Below, piece after piece: positions 40,253-49,959 of a DNA stretch of 64,000 nt (within the stretch, counting starts at the first letter, position 1; each line of letters begins with the position of its first letter). The position numbers and the translations under genes were made by a program. The notes under the pieces are model-generated. The model did no database searches. It saw only the letters and a program-made list of their open reading frames with translations, and was not told the origin of the DNA. This DNA is from an uncultured Candidatus Saccharibacteria bacterium (GTDB taxonomy: Bacteria > Patescibacteriota > Minisyncoccia > Phycocordibacterales > DATDWN01). The stretch covers positions 4,945 through 68,944 of the forward strand of contig CAZRVD010000003.1 of assembly GCA_964603545.1 (NCBI GenBank), given 5' to 3'.

Positions 40253-40567
40253 TCATCCAAGAATTTCTCTCTTGATCTGCTCGAGGGTCTCGAGATCATG
40301 TTCACAGGAAATGCCCTGCTCTGCACAGTTGACGCACCCGCAGTCTCTTGAAGAGCCAGCGGGGTTGACCCAAACTGCACACCATGGGCCGACAACGTCC
40401 TGACCGAGATCATCAAACGCACAAAGCGCAACCTCACAATCTCCCTCAACGAAACGGGCGAGAAGGTCATTGGGTTGACCAGGTTGGGGGAAAATCCCCA
40501 CGTAGTAGAAACCACTTGCCTGCGCGGACTCGGGTGATTTGACTTGTTCCTCCACGTATCTCATCAT
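40253..40567 (-). CDS. GC-rich SWIM-type zinc-finger protein
   Basis: CGCVNCAEQGISCEH fits CxC-xn-CxH; GAGG SD; terminator at 40222-40252; TTGACA at 40613-40608. Confidence 0.65.
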   Translation of the reverse strand: MMRYVEEQVKSPESAQASGFYYVGIFPQPGQPNDLLARFVEGDCEVALCAFDDLGQDVVGPWCAVWVNPAGSSRDCGCVNCAEQGISCEHDLETLEQIKREILG

Positions 40568-40613
40568 GCGCACCTCTACCCTACATGATGTAACTGCAAA
40601 GCAAAAATGTCAA

Positions 40614-41852
40614 TTATTCTATAAATGTAAGTGCTTTGCCACTCTTACCTGCTCTACCAGTACGACCAATACGGTGCACATAGTCCTCATAAGTCGCTGG
40701 CAAATCAAAGTTAATAACGTGTGACACGCCACTTATGTCTAGCCCTCGTGCAGCGACATCTGTAGCAACAAGTATTTGAGTTCTATCTTCTTTAAAAGTT
40801 TTCAGCGCACGCTGTCTTGCTGACTGGTTTTTGTCTCCATGAATTGACTCCGCTTTAAATCCTCTGTCTTTCAAAAGATTTGTTAGTTTTTCTACCCCGT
40901 GTTTTGTTCTGCCGAAAATCAAAACTTTGTTAAAGTCAGGTTGAATTAGCATGCTGTGTAGCACGTCTAGTTTGTTTTCCCCCCTCTGCACTTTTACAAC
41001 ATCTTGATCAACATTTTTTGAAGTGTCCCCTGTTTTAACAGAAATAGAAATCGGATTTTTTAGAAAATCTTTTATAAGCGCCTCAATCTCTGGTGAAATT
41101 GTAGCTGAAAAGAAAAGTGTATGTCTGTCTTTTGGCATAAGTGCCATCATGAACTTCATATCATTTATGAAACCCATATCCAGCATTCTGTCTGCTTCGT
41201 CTAGCACAACTGTTTTAAAAAACGAAAGGTTTAAAACTTTTCTCTCTATCAAATCTTTTATTCTTCCAGGTGTACCTATAACAAACTCATTTCTATATCG
41301 TAAATCCCGTATTTGAGACCCAATCGGTGCACCTCCAACGCAAACGGTAGAAAAAAGCCTCATGTTTCCTACAAACCCTCTCAGCTCTTCCTGAATCTGC
41401 AGTGCCAGTTCACGAGTAGGAACAACGATAAGAATGTTTTCTTTGTCATTACTTAAAACTTTATGAATTAGTGGTATTAGAAAAGCCGCCGTCTTTCCTG
41501 TACCTGTGTTTGCGATACCAACAACATCTTGCCCGCGTAGAACATGAGGGATGGCTTTATCTTGAATTGGTGTCGGGGTAACGTAGCCTTTTTCTATAAT
41601 ATTTTTCTTTAATCTTTCATCTATCAGAAAATCACTGAACTTGTGTTCAGGTACGAAAATAGTAGCTGTCTCCGTAACGACAGCTTTGTTAACAAATTTT
41701 GAAGGATGAATAGAATCCATTCTTCCTCTACCCCGTGATGGAGCTCTGCGAATTGGTGTGCCGAAACTTCTCCTCGCGCCCACGTTTCTACTTCCGCCAA
41801 ACGACGGCCGTCCAAAGGATCTTACGACCCTTCTTTGTGTATTTCTTTCCAT
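40614..41852 (-). CDS. DEAD-box RNA helicase (RhlE-like)
   Basis: PTPIQ, GTGKT, PTRELA, DEAD, SAT, HRIGRTGRAG. Confidence 0.96.
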   Translation of the reverse strand: MERNTQRRVVRSFGRPSFGGSRNVGARRSFGTPIRRAPSRGRGRMDSIHPSKFVNKAVVTETATIFVPEHKFSDFLIDERLKKNIIEKGYVTPTPIQDKAIPHVLRGQDVVGIANTGTGKTAAFLIPLIHKVLSNDKENILIVVPTRELALQIQEELRGFVGNMRLFSTVCVGGAPIGSQIRDLRYRNEFVIGTPGRIKDLIERKVLNLSFFKTVVLDEADRMLDMGFINDMKFMMALMPKDRHTLFFSATISPEIEALIKDFLKNPISISVKTGDTSKNVDQDVVKVQRGENKLDVLHSMLIQPDFNKVLIFGRTKHGVEKLTNLLKDRGFKAESIHGDKNQSARQRALKTFKEDRTQILVATDVAARGLDISGVSHVINFDLPATYEDYVHRIGRTGRAGKSGKALTFIE

Positions 41853-42039
41853 TTATTTAATTATTGAGAATTATTAAAGAACTTATTCGTTTAATATTTT
41901 TGCCTAAATTCTTATCTCGTAAGTTCAAAATGGAAGCAATGCTTACCAACAATTAGAGAAAAATCTCTGAAGGAAACTAGTGAGAATAACTCAATGCTTA
42001 CACTATAAACTATTGCGTTTCAAATGTCAAACTTGATAC

Positions 42040-42068
42040 TTGACTTTCTACATTAGAGATGCTATAAT
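42040..42068 (+). promoter_or_regulatory. Near-consensus sigma70 promoter
   Basis: TTGACT-17-TATAAT with TG extension. Confidence 0.8.
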
Positions 42069-42147
42069 TAAGTGCAGGAATTCGTTGGTGTTGGTCTCCC
42101 CGAGGATGGGGTGAGACACTCTCGAATCTTTGACAGGGAGTACGCTC

Positions 42148-43047
42148 ATGACTCGACTGGTTCGGATTTTCGTCCTCGCCTTGGCGGTTACGCTGGTCGC
42201 CAGCACCGCAATGGCACAGAAGGGACAGTTCGTTGCTCCTGTGAATGCGGAACTCGACAAGTTCCCCATCTACAACGACGTGCTGACAGTGGCCCAGATG
42301 GCCAAGCACGAACTCACGGTGAAGGTTCTCACGGAGCCCACCGTCGTGCACAACCACTTCCGTGGCCTGCACGGCAAGGACGGGCGCTTCGTCCTGGAAC
42401 TCTTGCCCACCGGAACAATCGTGTTGGTGGACAAGGACGGTAGGATCCGCTACAAAGCGGACTGCGGGAATCGGCTGAGCGAAATGCCGCCGCCTCCCGC
42501 ACCCGTCTTGGGACCGGCGACACCCGTACCGTGCATCCCGGAAATTCTTCCGCTCGCTCCCAAACAGAGTGGGTGGTCGTGGTTCTGGGGTGGCATGTGG
42601 AATTTCCTTGCCTGGATCGCCAACGGTCTGGGCGGGTTGCTGGCAGGAATCTGGCACTGCCTGTGGTTCCTGCTGACCAGCATCGGCTGGCTGTTCCTCT
42701 TGGCGCTCATTCTGTGGTTGACATGGCGACTGTTGCGCTACCTCTTCGGAGGTAACCAGCAGAACAACGCCTGGGGAGGGGGCAACAACCCGCCTGCTCC
42801 AGTCGCACCGCTCGTCACACCGCGACAGACGGCGACGCCACCGCCGGCTCCGACACCTTCAGCAGTCGCCCCTTCGGCGATTCCTGTGGTGGCGGGACCG
42901 CTCACCACCCCCGATCGCTCTTTCCTGAACTTCAACCCAGGGGATGTGGGTCGTCCGGACATGCTGACGTGGGGCGGGCGGATCACTCCGCACTCCTACG
43001 AGGACCGGCCGGACGGGAGTCACGCACTCCGATTCTATCGGAGGTAA
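42148..43047 (+). CDS. GC-rich exported/membrane Pro-rich hypothetical protein
   Basis: AGGGAG SD; signal peptide (AMA); Trp-rich TM region; terminator at 43066-43095. Confidence 0.75.
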   Translation: MTRLVRIFVLALAVTLVASTAMAQKGQFVAPVNAELDKFPIYNDVLTVAQMAKHELTVKVLTEPTVVHNHFRGLHGKDGRFVLELLPTGTIVLVDKDGRIRYKADCGNRLSEMPPPPAPVLGPATPVPCIPEILPLAPKQSGWSWFWGGMWNFLAWIANGLGGLLAGIWHCLWFLLTSIGWLFLLALILWLTWRLLRYLFGGNQQNNAWGGGNNPPAPVAPLVTPRQTATPPPAPTPSAVAPSAIPVVAGPLTTPDRSFLNFNPGDVGRPDMLTWGGRITPHSYEDRPDGSHALRFYRR

Positions 43048-43418
43048 CATAGAGGGGTCATCCCTCGGCGGCAGGTCCCACAAGACCTGCCGCCATTTCG
43101 TATACAAAATATAATATTTGTGGTCTATATTTTTATGCACAGAAAATTGACACTTGTAAACAAGATATGCACAGTATATCCACTAAATTCACACTTATAT
43201 ATTATTGACAAATGGTACCCTTGGAACAAAATTATAGTAGGTACAAAATCAATGAAGACATCCTCAAAATAAATAGTGAAATTAGTCTCGTCCCCGTGAG
43301 CCTTATGAACTCACACAAGAGACAAAAATTATCACAAATCGGGATGCGCCTTCACCCGAAAGTACCAGCGAAAACAAAGCCTCTCGTAATATCTACGGAG
43401 GTCTTTGTTTTGCATTTT

Positions 43419-43814
43419 TTAGTTCATTCTTATTTTTTTAAGCTCTGAAATTAACTTTGTATAATTCGGCATTGTTTCTCCTACCAAATTCCAGAATTTT
43501 TGAGAATGGTTAAATTGTCCTATATGGCAAAGTTCATGCACAATTATATAATCAGTTAGATATGGAGGCAGTGTAATTATCCTAAAATTAAAATTTAAGT
43601 TCCCCTTGCTTGAGCAACTTCCCCACCGACTTCTCTGGTTTCTAATACTTACCCTCCCGTATTTAAATTTATAATGCTTGTTCCAATACTCCAATCTTTC
43701 TTTCACAAATTTTCTCGCATTCTCTTTCTCCTCTAAATATCTTTTACTCCCAATAGGTTTTCTCCTCACTCTCCTCCTAACCTTTCTAAAATAGAATTTA
43801 ATTATATTTCGCAT
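43419..43814 (-). CDS. YgjP/DUF45-like metallopeptidase
   Basis: RWGSCS, DYIIVHELCH, NHSQKFW. Confidence 0.9.
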   Translation of the reverse strand: MRNIIKFYFRKVRRRVRRKPIGSKRYLEEKENARKFVKERLEYWNKHYKFKYGRVSIRNQRSRWGSCSSKGNLNFNFRIITLPPYLTDYIIVHELCHIGQFNHSQKFWNLVGETMPNYTKLISELKKIRMN

Positions 43815-43891
43815 ATTGACTTTTGTATATATATCGTGTTATAATATAGTTAGAAATTACAACCCTGTGTTAACCACGAGAGGAGGTTCGA

Positions 43892-44542
43892 ATGTCTTCA
43901 CGACAGAAAGTAACGGACCTGCTTTTTGCGGTCCAGTTTGTTGGTGCAGCCTTGTTTTGTGGTGGCTACATCATGCGGTCGTTCTCAGACGTCACTGGAT
44001 CAAGCGTAGCACAGTTTGGCCTGGTAGAGATGTTTCTCTTGTTTCAATTGGCTCTAACGGTTAGTGCACACCGCACTTCCCCGAGTCGCTTAACGGAACA
44101 AGCAATCTGTACCTACCTGTTCTGGTTCATCCTCATGTTCCTCGTTATTGCTGTGGTGCTACTAAACCCAGCATACCGATGGAATGAAAAGGACACCACA
44201 ACTGCAATCGTTGCATTGGTTCTGACAGTTCTGACCCTTAGCTTTAACTACGCAAACGGGTCATCACTCAAAGACCCTTTCATCCGAGCACTGTTCGCAA
44301 TCGCGTACAAGTCAGTTCCCCAAGTACTCCTTGCCTGGAAATTCCTGGCAGAGGGCGCCTCGGGTACACCTGACTTGTCTGTGTATGTTGGACACGCCAC
44401 AATTCTCATTCGTCTTGGCCAGATCTACTTCATGGGAAAGGAAGCAGGCTGGGACCGAAACAGAATGTGGCTCTGGAGAAGCGAATGGGCCAACGAGATT
44501 AGTTGGCTTGTCGCCACAGTTGCGTGGTTTTTGGTTTCCTGA
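43892..44542 (+). CDS. GC-richer multi-TM membrane protein
   Basis: TTGACT-18-TATAAT promoter; GAGGAGG SD; 6-7 TM segments; terminator at 44541-44568. Confidence 0.75.
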   Translation: MSSRQKVTDLLFAVQFVGAALFCGGYIMRSFSDVTGSSVAQFGLVEMFLLFQLALTVSAHRTSPSRLTEQAICTYLFWFILMFLVIAVVLLNPAYRWNEKDTTTAIVALVLTVLTLSFNYANGSSLKDPFIRALFAIAYKSVPQVLLAWKFLAEGASGTPDLSVYVGHATILIRLGQIYFMGKEAGWDRNRMWLWRSEWANEISWLVATVAWFLVS

Positions 44543-44581
44543 GGCCCTGGTCGAAAGACCCGGGCCTCTTCTGTAATATAA

Positions 44582-44737
44582 AATCTCGTTGAACACATAT
44601 CTTTTTTGAGACTCCGCAGACCCAAAGCTTGGTTCCGTCAAGGCATTCCATCTTGACGGATTTAGGTCGAGGACTAAACGAACTCTCCGCAGGAGAGAGT
44701 GAGTGGTCTCAAAAAAGATATGTGTGAGAAAGAGATT
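44582..44737. repeat. MITE-like long hairpin element
   Basis: Perfect 20-bp inverted repeat ACACATATCTTTTTTGAGAC (44593-44612) / GTCTCAAAAAAGATATGTGT (44706-44725) with internal stem-loops. Confidence 0.75.
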
Positions 44738-44740
44738 ACA

Positions 44741-46192
44741 CTACTTATCAATTGCCAAAACTTCATCTATTCTGATTTGTTTTACGAATTCCGGTACATG
44801 AGAAACAAGTATCATCGCGCCCTCGTATTTGTCCAACGCTTCAGCAATGACTGGGATGTGTCTAAAGTTTATATGGTTTGTAGGCTCGTCTAGAATAAGT
44901 AGTCCTGGTTTTTGGAGTACAAGTTGTGCAAAGGCAACCAAACCTTTTTGACCCTCAGATAGCGAACCTATTTTTGTATTTATTATCTCCCCTATGAGTA
45001 AAAACCCTGCTGCAACTGAGCGCATATTCTCCTCAATATGCTCTGTCATAACGCTCATTAGCGATTCGCGTACTGTGTCTTCAAAATTTAATGTTGAAAA
45101 ATCTTGCCTGTAGTATCCCACTTTTATACCCTCTGTAATTTTTGCCCCTTTAGCAGTCCCGGAAGCTAATTGTTCAAGAAGAGTACTTTTTCCGATACCG
45201 TTTGGTCCAGTTAAAAGTAAGTGTTCTTTTTTGCGTAAAACAACATCGCATTTTCGAGAAACCGGTTTGTGATTTTTTATCATTGAAAAAGATTTGATTT
45301 TTATTATGTCTCCGTTTATATCTGGCTGTACTGGAATAATAAAAGAACGAATAGCTTTGTCTTCTTTCCGAACATCTACCTTTTCTTCCTCAAGTTCATC
45401 TGCTTTTTCTCGCATTCGCCTTGCGACAAGACGCATCTGACCACCCTTGTTGGCAAAAAAGTTTGCTTTATCTTTGTTCTCTTGTATTTCTTTTGCCAAC
45501 TGGGCATTTTTCTTGTTTTCTTTTTCTATTCTGGTAGAAATTTCCGCCACCACATCAAAATAGTTACCCACGTACTGCTCTACCTTTCTAGTATGAACAT
45601 CCAAATACAGAACTCCCTGTGTAAAAGCGTTTAGAAATTCCGCATCGTGGGAAATTACAAGAACTGTTTTTGTGTAATCAACCAAAAACTTTGTTAAATG
45701 TTCTATACCGTCTTTGTCTAAGTTGTTTGTTGGCTCGTCTAGAAGTAAGATGTCTGGATCTTGTATTAAAGCAGATGCCAAAAGAAGTCGTGCTTGCTGT
45801 CCACCAGAAAAAGATTTTACTACTCTATCTATCGGTGCATTTAGGTTTACAACCTCTAGAACTTTTTTAATTTTTGGTTCAATATTGTAAATCTTTTCAG
45901 AAAAACAATTTTGAAAAAACTGGAGGACCGTCATCTCCATTTCATTTCTTGGAATAACCTGCCTTGCAATAGCTATACTCAAATCCTGTCCTAAGTGAAT
46001 TTGACCCCCCTCTGGTTTATAAACTCCTGTAATAAGGCCAAAAAGAGTGCTCTTTCCAGCGCCGTTTTGCCCCATAATAGTAACTTTTGATCCTCGCCTT
46101 ACTGTGAAATTTACTTCGTCCAGTATAGGTTTTTTTATTCCAAAATTAAATGAAACAGTATCAAAGTTTATAATAACTTCGTTTTTTGCCAT
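44741..46192 (-). CDS. ABC-F family ATPase
   Basis: Two NBDs (GQNGAGKS, FSGGQ, LLDEPTN; GPNGIGKS, LSEGQ, LDEPTNH) and no TM segment. Confidence 0.93.
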   Translation of the reverse strand: MAKNEVIINFDTVSFNFGIKKPILDEVNFTVRRGSKVTIMGQNGAGKSTLFGLITGVYKPEGGQIHLGQDLSIAIARQVIPRNEMEMTVLQFFQNCFSEKIYNIEPKIKKVLEVVNLNAPIDRVVKSFSGGQQARLLLASALIQDPDILLLDEPTNNLDKDGIEHLTKFLVDYTKTVLVISHDAEFLNAFTQGVLYLDVHTRKVEQYVGNYFDVVAEISTRIEKENKKNAQLAKEIQENKDKANFFANKGGQMRLVARRMREKADELEEEKVDVRKEDKAIRSFIIPVQPDINGDIIKIKSFSMIKNHKPVSRKCDVVLRKKEHLLLTGPNGIGKSTLLEQLASGTAKGAKITEGIKVGYYRQDFSTLNFEDTVRESLMSVMTEHIEENMRSVAAGFLLIGEIINTKIGSLSEGQKGLVAFAQLVLQKPGLLILDEPTNHINFRHIPVIAEALDKYEGAMILVSHVPEFVKQIRIDEVLAIDK

Positions 46193-46231
46193 GAGTAGCT
46201 ATTCTATAACAATTTTGAGTGGAAAGAAAGA

Positions 46232-46741
46232 CTACCTTCCTGTTTTTAGAATATAATAGTCCAAACCAATATACCCTGCAATCCTATGAGCTAACATTAT
46301 TAAAATAGCCAAAACAAGCATAACTGGGTTTGAACTAACTGTTCCCGCAAGGAGATAATTCACATTCATAAAAGCACCGAAAAATGCCGCTAGAAAAGTA
46401 AACGCTCCAAGTATGAGCCCAATTCCCACAAGAACCTCTCCATACGCTATTGCGTGCGACCAAGTGTTTGCATGTGGTAAAACTGCGTGCTGTAGAAACC
46501 ATGCATACCAGACGGAAACATCTGGATGCTCCCCCACAGTTTTACCGAGGGCTTCATTTACAAAACCTGTTATAGCACCACCTGCTGTACTCCCAACCCA
46601 AACAGAATTAAGCACCTTATGATACCCCGCTATTGCCCACTCGTAACCCAAATAGACTCTTGCCACTGTCCAAACTGGTGACATTACTCTGCTTGAAAAA
46701 ATAAAATGATAAATTGATGTCAAAAATCCTGGTGTTCTCAT
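46232..46741 (-). CDS. DoxX / TQO small-subunit DoxD family membrane protein
   Basis: RVYLGYEW..AG..K, GEVLVGIGLILG, NYLLAGTVSSNP. Confidence 0.85.
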   Translation of the reverse strand: MRTPGFLTSIYHFIFSSRVMSPVWTVARVYLGYEWAIAGYHKVLNSVWVGSTAGGAITGFVNEALGKTVGEHPDVSVWYAWFLQHAVLPHANTWSHAIAYGEVLVGIGLILGAFTFLAAFFGAFMNVNYLLAGTVSSNPVMLVLAILIMLAHRIAGYIGLDYYILKTGR

Positions 46742-46757
46742 CTGTTTAATTGTTTAG

Positions 46758-47789
46758 TTATAAAGATTTATTGTCTAAAATTAAATTCTGATAAATATCT
46801 ATTAGCGCAAAGAAAAGCCCAATAATTAATGGTCCAAAAATAAAACCAATAGGTCCAAAAACTGCAATCCCGCCAAGCACAGCAAAAAGCATTATTAGTT
46901 GATGTACTTCTGTTCCTTTTGAATACAGATAAGGCCCAAGAATATTATCCACTAATCCAACAATAAGTCCTCCCCACAAAGTAAGACCTACAGCAAAAGG
47001 AACATTTCCTGCAATATACATGTATGCTACAGCAGGAATAAAAACCACAGCAGTGCCGAGTCCTGGTACAAGAGAAGCTATCGCTGATATACTCCCCCAT
47101 AAAGTCGGGTTAGGAACTCCAAAAACCCACAAGCCTATCCCCGCCAAAAGACCCTGTGCCACAGCCACTAAAAGAACACCCCTCACTGTTGAATTTACTG
47201 TTTGTTTTATCCTTACGAAAATCTCGTCGTCATATTTATCTTTAAGTGGGCTAAGATCAATAAGTATTTTTTTAAACTTAGCTCCGTCTTTTAAAAAGAA
47301 GTAAAGAGAAATAAATATAAGTATAATTCCTGTAAATATACCGAGAACACTCGAAAGAATCGCACTCAAATGGCCCGTAATCCAGTCTGCAATAACTTCC
47401 GCATATTCTCCTATATTCACTTCAAAAGCTGGATAAATTTTTTGAATCGGTTTTTCTATAACATTTGTGACTTTTTGAATATAATCAATCTCTGAGTCAT
47501 TAGTTAGTTGGGCATAAATACCCCTAGATTCATTGAAAACAGTCATCGTTAAAAAAATAGTTGGGGTAATAATGACAACTGCAAAAAGTATAACTACAAG
47601 AAAAGCGGAGATACCACTTCTGCCTCCGATAGAATTCGTTATTTTTCTATGAAGTGGAGTGAGCACTACTCCAAAAATCATAGACAACACCAGAACCTCA
47701 AGAAAAGGGGAAAACAGGGCAAGAACAAGGACTGTTGCAATAAGTAGTAACCCTACAAAAAAATATGTTTGTAATGAACTTCTTTCCAT
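46758..47789 (-). CDS. AI-2E family transporter
   Basis: Multi-TM; DNILGP, GGIAVFGPIGFIFGP. Confidence 0.9.
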   Translation of the reverse strand: MERSSLQTYFFVGLLLIATVLVLALFSPFLEVLVLSMIFGVVLTPLHRKITNSIGGRSGISAFLVVILFAVVIITPTIFLTMTVFNESRGIYAQLTNDSEIDYIQKVTNVIEKPIQKIYPAFEVNIGEYAEVIADWITGHLSAILSSVLGIFTGIILIFISLYFFLKDGAKFKKILIDLSPLKDKYDDEIFVRIKQTVNSTVRGVLLVAVAQGLLAGIGLWVFGVPNPTLWGSISAIASLVPGLGTAVVFIPAVAYMYIAGNVPFAVGLTLWGGLIVGLVDNILGPYLYSKGTEVHQLIMLFAVLGGIAVFGPIGFIFGPLIIGLFFALIDIYQNLILDNKSL

Positions 47790-47796
47790 TACTACA

Positions 47797-48180
47797 TTAT
47801 ACGAGGCAAATTGAATTTAAACAATATCTTTTCCCTGTATCTGTCGGTCCGTCTGGGAAGACGTGTCCTAAATGTGAGCCACACCTACTACATGTTATTT
47901 CTGTCCTCACCATTCCATGATCTTTATCTTCTTTTTCCACAACACTTCCTGGGAGAGCCTGGTCAAAGCTTGGCCAACCGGTGCCAGAATCAAATTTGGC
48001 TTCTGATGAAAATAGATCTTGTCCACAGACTTTACATTTATACATCCCATCCCTATCATCATGTAATAATTTTCCAGAAAAAGGCGCTTCCGTTCCCTTT
48101 TCACGAAGAACGGCATACTCCTCTGGAGTTAACCTAGTCCTCAACTCTTCTTCATTCACCTTTACTTTTATTTCATTCAT
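47797..48180 (-). CDS. msrB: Methionine-R-sulfoxide reductase
   Basis: GTEAPF, FDSGTGWPSF, HLGHVFPDGP, RYCLNS. Confidence 0.95.
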   Translation of the reverse strand: MNEIKVKVNEEELRTRLTPEEYAVLREKGTEAPFSGKLLHDDRDGMYKCKVCGQDLFSSEAKFDSGTGWPSFDQALPGSVVEKEDKDHGMVRTEITCSRCGSHLGHVFPDGPTDTGKRYCLNSICLV

Positions 48181-48195
48181 ATTTTGTGAATTTAT

Positions 48196-48229
48196 TTAAT
48201 TCTGGAATTCTTGAGAATTCCAGAATTAA
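48196..48229. repeat. Hairpin with perfect 16-bp arms between msrA and msrB
   Basis: TTAATTCTGGAATTCT-tg-AGAATTCCAGAATTAA. Confidence 0.8.
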
Positions 48230-48247
48230 CTTCTTTTTGTAATTCTG

Positions 48248-48799
48248 CTAAAGTTTTCCTGTATTATTTTTCAAAAGTTCTCCGAACTTTTGAATGACTT
48301 TTTCTAATTTTGGGTTTATCACCACTTCGCAATAAGCTTCACTCTTATTTCTCTCAAAATAATCCTGATGATAATTCTCTGCCGGGTAGAATGCTTCAAG
48401 CGGCACAACCTCTGTCACTACTTTTTCACCACCCTTATTTGATCGGTTTATCTCCTTTATAAAGTCCTCTGCAGTTTTCTTCTGTTTTGGAGTTGTATAG
48501 AAAATAACAGAGCGATACTGTTCTCCCACATCTTTCCCTTGTCTATTTACTGTAGTTGGATCGTGTGAACCAAAGAAAACTGTAAGTAAATCTTTATATG
48601 AAATTTCTTTTGGGTCAAACGTCACCTGAGTACACTCTGCATGTCCCGAATCACCCATACTGACTTCTGCGTATGTAGGATTTTTAGTTCTACCACCAGA
48701 GTATCCAGGTAAAACCTCCGAAACTCCCTTTAGCATTTTGAAAACCGCCTCGGTGCACCAAAAACAGCCTCCACCAAAAACAGCTATCTCATTTTTCAT
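48248..48799 (-). CDS. msrA: Methionine-S-sulfoxide reductase
   Basis: GGGCFWC, GYSGG, HDPT, QYRS, AENYHQDY. Confidence 0.96.
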   Translation of the reverse strand: MKNEIAVFGGGCFWCTEAVFKMLKGVSEVLPGYSGGRTKNPTYAEVSMGDSGHAECTQVTFDPKEISYKDLLTVFFGSHDPTTVNRQGKDVGEQYRSVIFYTTPKQKKTAEDFIKEINRSNKGGEKVVTEVVPLEAFYPAENYHQDYFERNKSEAYCEVVINPKLEKVIQKFGELLKNNTGKL

Positions 48800-48827
48800 C
48801 CCTTAATTATATCACACAAACCTAAAC

Positions 48828-49958
48828 TTATTTTAGTATCCCTATTTTATATGAAGCTATGGTACTAGTCGGTTTACTCTGTCCCTTATGCTGAGCTAGA
48901 AATCCTGCAGTAGCATCTACTCCACACATACTTTTTATAGCTTCTTGTCCTCCAGGATGCTGTGCTATCCAAGATGTTAAGTTATATACCCCACCAGAGA
49001 CTATTGACCAACAATCTGTTGATTTATTATGAACGGCAACCTGAACCAAAGTGTAACTTGCAATAGTAGGTGTAGGTGGAGTTACAGTAGTTGTGGTTGT
49101 AGAAGTTGGAGAAACAACTGGGGGAGTAACTACCTCGCCGCGGTCATCATCATCCTTGTCTTCATCTTCATCATTATCTCCCTCATCGTCATCAAGACCG
49201 TGATCTTTTTCAATTTCTTTTTGTTTACTTGTAGGTGTAGCTACCCTAACTGATGACATCATTATTATCCCGTTATCTCCAGAGCGACTCTTTTTTGATG
49301 TAAATATACTTGCAAATGTTGGGCTGTTGGAAGCACTGTTTGAAATAGTGACAAAAGCATCAAAGTGGTCGTCAATTTCTCTATCAAAATCTTGGGTTAC
49401 TTTTTCTGCCTTTTTTGTATTACCTTTCTTTTTTACCTTATCAATACTTTTATTTAACGCTTGAACTTTTTTAGAAAAGTTATTTTGTACAGTGACAGTT
49501 TGAACTTCTGTTAAACTTCCAGAACTACTCAAGGCCTCTACTTCGTCTAATCTAGCTGATACTTGCTTCAAATTAACATCCGCTTGTGATTCCGGTGTCA
49601 TAGCCAAAAGTGACTCAACATTTTCATTGATTCCAGTCTTAACTCCATATAAGGTATCTCCAGGTAGTGAACTTTGTGCATAATAACTTGTTCCAGTACC
49701 AAGAAATACAAGAAGAAGTACTAACGCCGGCATAATATATATTTGTCGAGATAAACCAAAAAAGTCATGAACTGTAATAGAACTTTTACGTGTTTTTGTT
49801 TCTCCAAAAGTAGAGGAGACTAACCCAGATTCAATATGTGAAATAATTCCGCCTTTAATTTTGGATTTTTCTTCCGCACTCAAAACAATACCCATTGCGG
49901 ATTGTGATATTTTTCCGATTAAAGCCTCTTCTTCGTTTGTAAATTTTTGTGGATCCAT
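48828..49958 (-). CDS. Putative anti-sigma factor: TM, DUF5667-like helical domain, acidic/Thr linker and a cytochrome b5-like heme-binding domain
   Basis: SLPGDTLYGVK; C-terminal YTLVQVAVHN..DCW...VYNLT.WI..HPGG...CG.DAT..F...H. Confidence 0.75.
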   Translation of the reverse strand: MDPQKFTNEEEALIGKISQSAMGIVLSAEEKSKIKGGIISHIESGLVSSTFGETKTRKSSITVHDFFGLSRQIYIMPALVLLLVFLGTGTSYYAQSSLPGDTLYGVKTGINENVESLLAMTPESQADVNLKQVSARLDEVEALSSSGSLTEVQTVTVQNNFSKKVQALNKSIDKVKKKGNTKKAEKVTQDFDREIDDHFDAFVTISNSASNSPTFASIFTSKKSRSGDNGIIMMSSVRVATPTSKQKEIEKDHGLDDDEGDNDEDEDKDDDDRGEVVTPPVVSPTSTTTTTVTPPTPTIASYTLVQVAVHNKSTDCWSIVSGGVYNLTSWIAQHPGGQEAIKSMCGVDATAGFLAQHKGQSKPTSTIASYKIGILK

Positions 49959-49959
49959 A

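Noticed and set aside
42010-42657. 215-aa minus-strand ORF and other overlapping ORFs in GC-rich units
   Set aside because: These are shadow frames of GC-rich genes; the opposite strand has the promoter, SD, signal peptide and terminator.
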